Origin: Myxococcota bacterium
Lineage (GTDB): Bacteria > Myxococcota_A > UBA9160 > UBA4427
Reading direction: 5' to 3'
DNA: 64,000 nucleotides
Assembly (NCBI GenBank): GCA_045106235.1
Contig: JBGCEJ010000013.1
Coordinates: forward strand, 70,179-134,178
Part shown: in pieces, positions 62,718 through 64,000 of the stretch
How the letters are laid out: every line of letters begins with the position of its first letter
Position numbering within the stretch: position 1 is the first letter of the stretch
Program-made: the position numbers and the translations under genes
The notes under the pieces: generated by a model
Told to the model about the DNA's origin: nothing
What the model saw: only the letters and a program-made list of their open reading frames with translations
Databases searched by the model: none

Positions 62718-63743
62718 GTGGTCGCCCGCGATATCCCTGAGTCGCCCCCTGGAGGGCCGGAGATCCCCTTGGCCAGCGCTGATTCCGTCGCCCCTATAGC
62801 CCCCGTAGCCTCTATCGCCCCTCTCGCCCCGGCAACGACTCGCCGACTCGCACAGGGCTTCACCGCCCTTGCGGGGGTCACGTATATCCTGATCGTCTTC
62901 GGCGCCCTCGTCCGAGCCCACGGCGCAGGGCTCGCCTGCCCCGATTGGCCGCTTTGTTTCGGCGAAGTCATCCCCCAATTCGATTTCAAGGTCGCCTTCG
63001 AATGGGGACATCGCGCCCTTGCCGGAAGCGTCGGCATCGTTTTCGCGGCCCTCGCCGCCCTCACCCTCCGCGCCGCCGCGCTCCGCAAGCGCATGTTGGG
63101 ACCAGTCCTGATTGCAGGCGCCCTGCTCGCGACTCAAGTGATCCTCGGCGGCCTCACCGTCCTCGAACTCCTCGCAACCTGGACCGTGACCTCCCACCTC
63201 GTGACCGGCAACGCCTTTGCCCTCGCGCTCGTCCTCCTGGGTCGCCGGCTCTTTCGCCTCGCCGCTGAGGCGTCTGTCCAAGCGGACGCACCTTCCTCTT
63301 CCCCCGCCCCCATGAGCGCGGCCAGCGACGCCCAGCGACTGCTCACCACGATCGCCGGGATTCTCCTGGCTGTTCAGATCGTGCTCGGCGGCCTGGTCTC
63401 CTCGAGCTATGCCGGGCTCGTCTGCCCGGACTGGCCGACCTGCATGAACGGAGAATTTGCGCCGACTTGGAGCGGTATCCAGGGGCTCCACGTATTCCAC
63501 CGCTTCGTCGGGTACTCGGTCGTCGTCGCAATCGCCGCCGCGGCATGGCTCGCTCGCAGCCATGCCGGCTCCCGGCGCTGGCTCTCGGTCGCCGCGATTT
63601 TCGCACTCTGCCAGGTCGCTGTGGGTGTCGCCAATGTCCTGCTTCGGCTCCCCGTCGAGGTGACAGCGACCCATTCCGCTCTGGCCGCTGGACTCGTCTG
63701 CACCGTCGGCGTGAGCGTTCGCGAAGTGTGGCGAAGCGCCTGA
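62718..63743 (+). CDS. ctaA: heme A synthase (COX15/CtaA)
   Basis: FGALVRAHGAGLACPDWPLCFG, and a repeated half with GLVCPDWPTC. There are conserved His residues in the TM helices (EWGHR, FHRF). The start is uncertain (GTG at 62718). Confidence 0.85.
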   Translation: MVARDIPESPPGGPEIPLASADSVAPIAPVASIAPLAPATTRRLAQGFTALAGVTYILIVFGALVRAHGAGLACPDWPLCFGEVIPQFDFKVAFEWGHRALAGSVGIVFAALAALTLRAAALRKRMLGPVLIAGALLATQVILGGLTVLELLATWTVTSHLVTGNAFALALVLLGRRLFRLAAEASVQADAPSSSPAPMSAASDAQRLLTTIAGILLAVQIVLGGLVSSSYAGLVCPDWPTCMNGEFAPTWSGIQGLHVFHRFVGYSVVVAIAAAAWLARSHAGSRRWLSVAAIFALCQVAVGVANVLLRLPVEVTATHSALAAGLVCTVGVSVREVWRSA

Positions 63744-63850
63744 AACAACGTCTAAAACGACACTTGCGCGCCACCGAGGCCACCCGCGCCTGATCATGCT
63801 ACACCCTGCCACGTCGCCCGAGCTTTGGGCGCCTCGACAGGAGAATCAGC

Positions 63851-64000
63851 ATGCGCCCCTACCAAATCTTCGCCGCCATGAGCCCCGAAAAATGCGAAGA
63901 AATTATGGAAAAAATCTCAGCGGATACGCCGGAAGCCTTCCGTGAAACCGTCGTTTCCTGCGCCGCCGCCATGAAGTTCCGGCCGCAGTATCTGCTGAAG
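63851..64000 (+). CDS. hypothetical protein, 5' fragment (runs off the window)
   Basis: ATG at 63851. The frame is open to the window end: MRPYQIFAAMSPEKCEEIMEKISADTPEAFRETVVSCAAAMKFRPQYLLK. Confidence 0.3.
   Translation, partial: MRPYQIFAAMSPEKCEEIMEKISADTPEAFRETVVSCAAAMKFRPQYLLK

Noticed and set aside
1-64000. Mobile element, prophage or integrative island signatures
   Set aside because: No integrase, transposase, recombinase or phage structural genes are recognisable. There is no tRNA attachment site, and I saw no flanking direct repeats around the candidate accessory regions.

Overview
High-GC chromosomal segment from a diderm (Gram-negative-type) bacterium. Both strands are densely coding, with about 55 supportable protein genes. 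I found no rRNA, tRNA, CRISPR array, transposase, integrase or phage genes. Most of the window is housekeeping or metabolic: AKR fragment, MFS transporter, manC, nadA, a B12-dependent acyl-CoA mutase with MeaB and a PduO-type adenosyltransferase, cysE, gloB, etfBA, a thiolase-like protein, a MATE transporter, a Zn-ADH, efp, an M16 peptidase pair, yciH/SUI1, gltA and ctaA.

Six regions look accessory or unusual:
1. 3.3-8.4 kb: an island, less GC-rich by eye, with three tandem paralogs of an unrecognised PEP-CTERM cargo protein. It also holds a secreted trypsin-like protease carrying thrombospondin-type-3 and dockerin-like Ca-binding repeats, and a fourth, unrelated PEP-CTERM protein. No exosortase is in the window.
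2. 36.3-47.9 kb: a TetR gene with an 18-bp perfect palindrome at its start, divergent from a two-partner secretion pair. The pair is a 797-aa-ORF TpsB and a 2746-aa very acidic TpsA. The TpsA has a divergent TPS domain, a compositionally distinct Arg-rich C-terminal domain, and no toxin or immunity signature.
3. 33.5-35.9 kb: a patatin-like phospholipase followed by a WYL regulator, then a 5 x 15-bp tandem repeat.
4. 10.4-13.2 kb: a translationally coupled degenerate sulfatase-like lipoprotein and a membrane-anchored HExxH protein.
5. 52.0-55.0 kb: a GT2 / unknown / GT39 (ArnT-like) glycosylation module.
6. 60.1-62.6 kb: an arsR-arsI-acr3-GST arsenic operon.

All functional calls come from reading motifs in the supplied translations. 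No database search was run. The many long antisense ORFs in the track are treated as high-GC artefacts.
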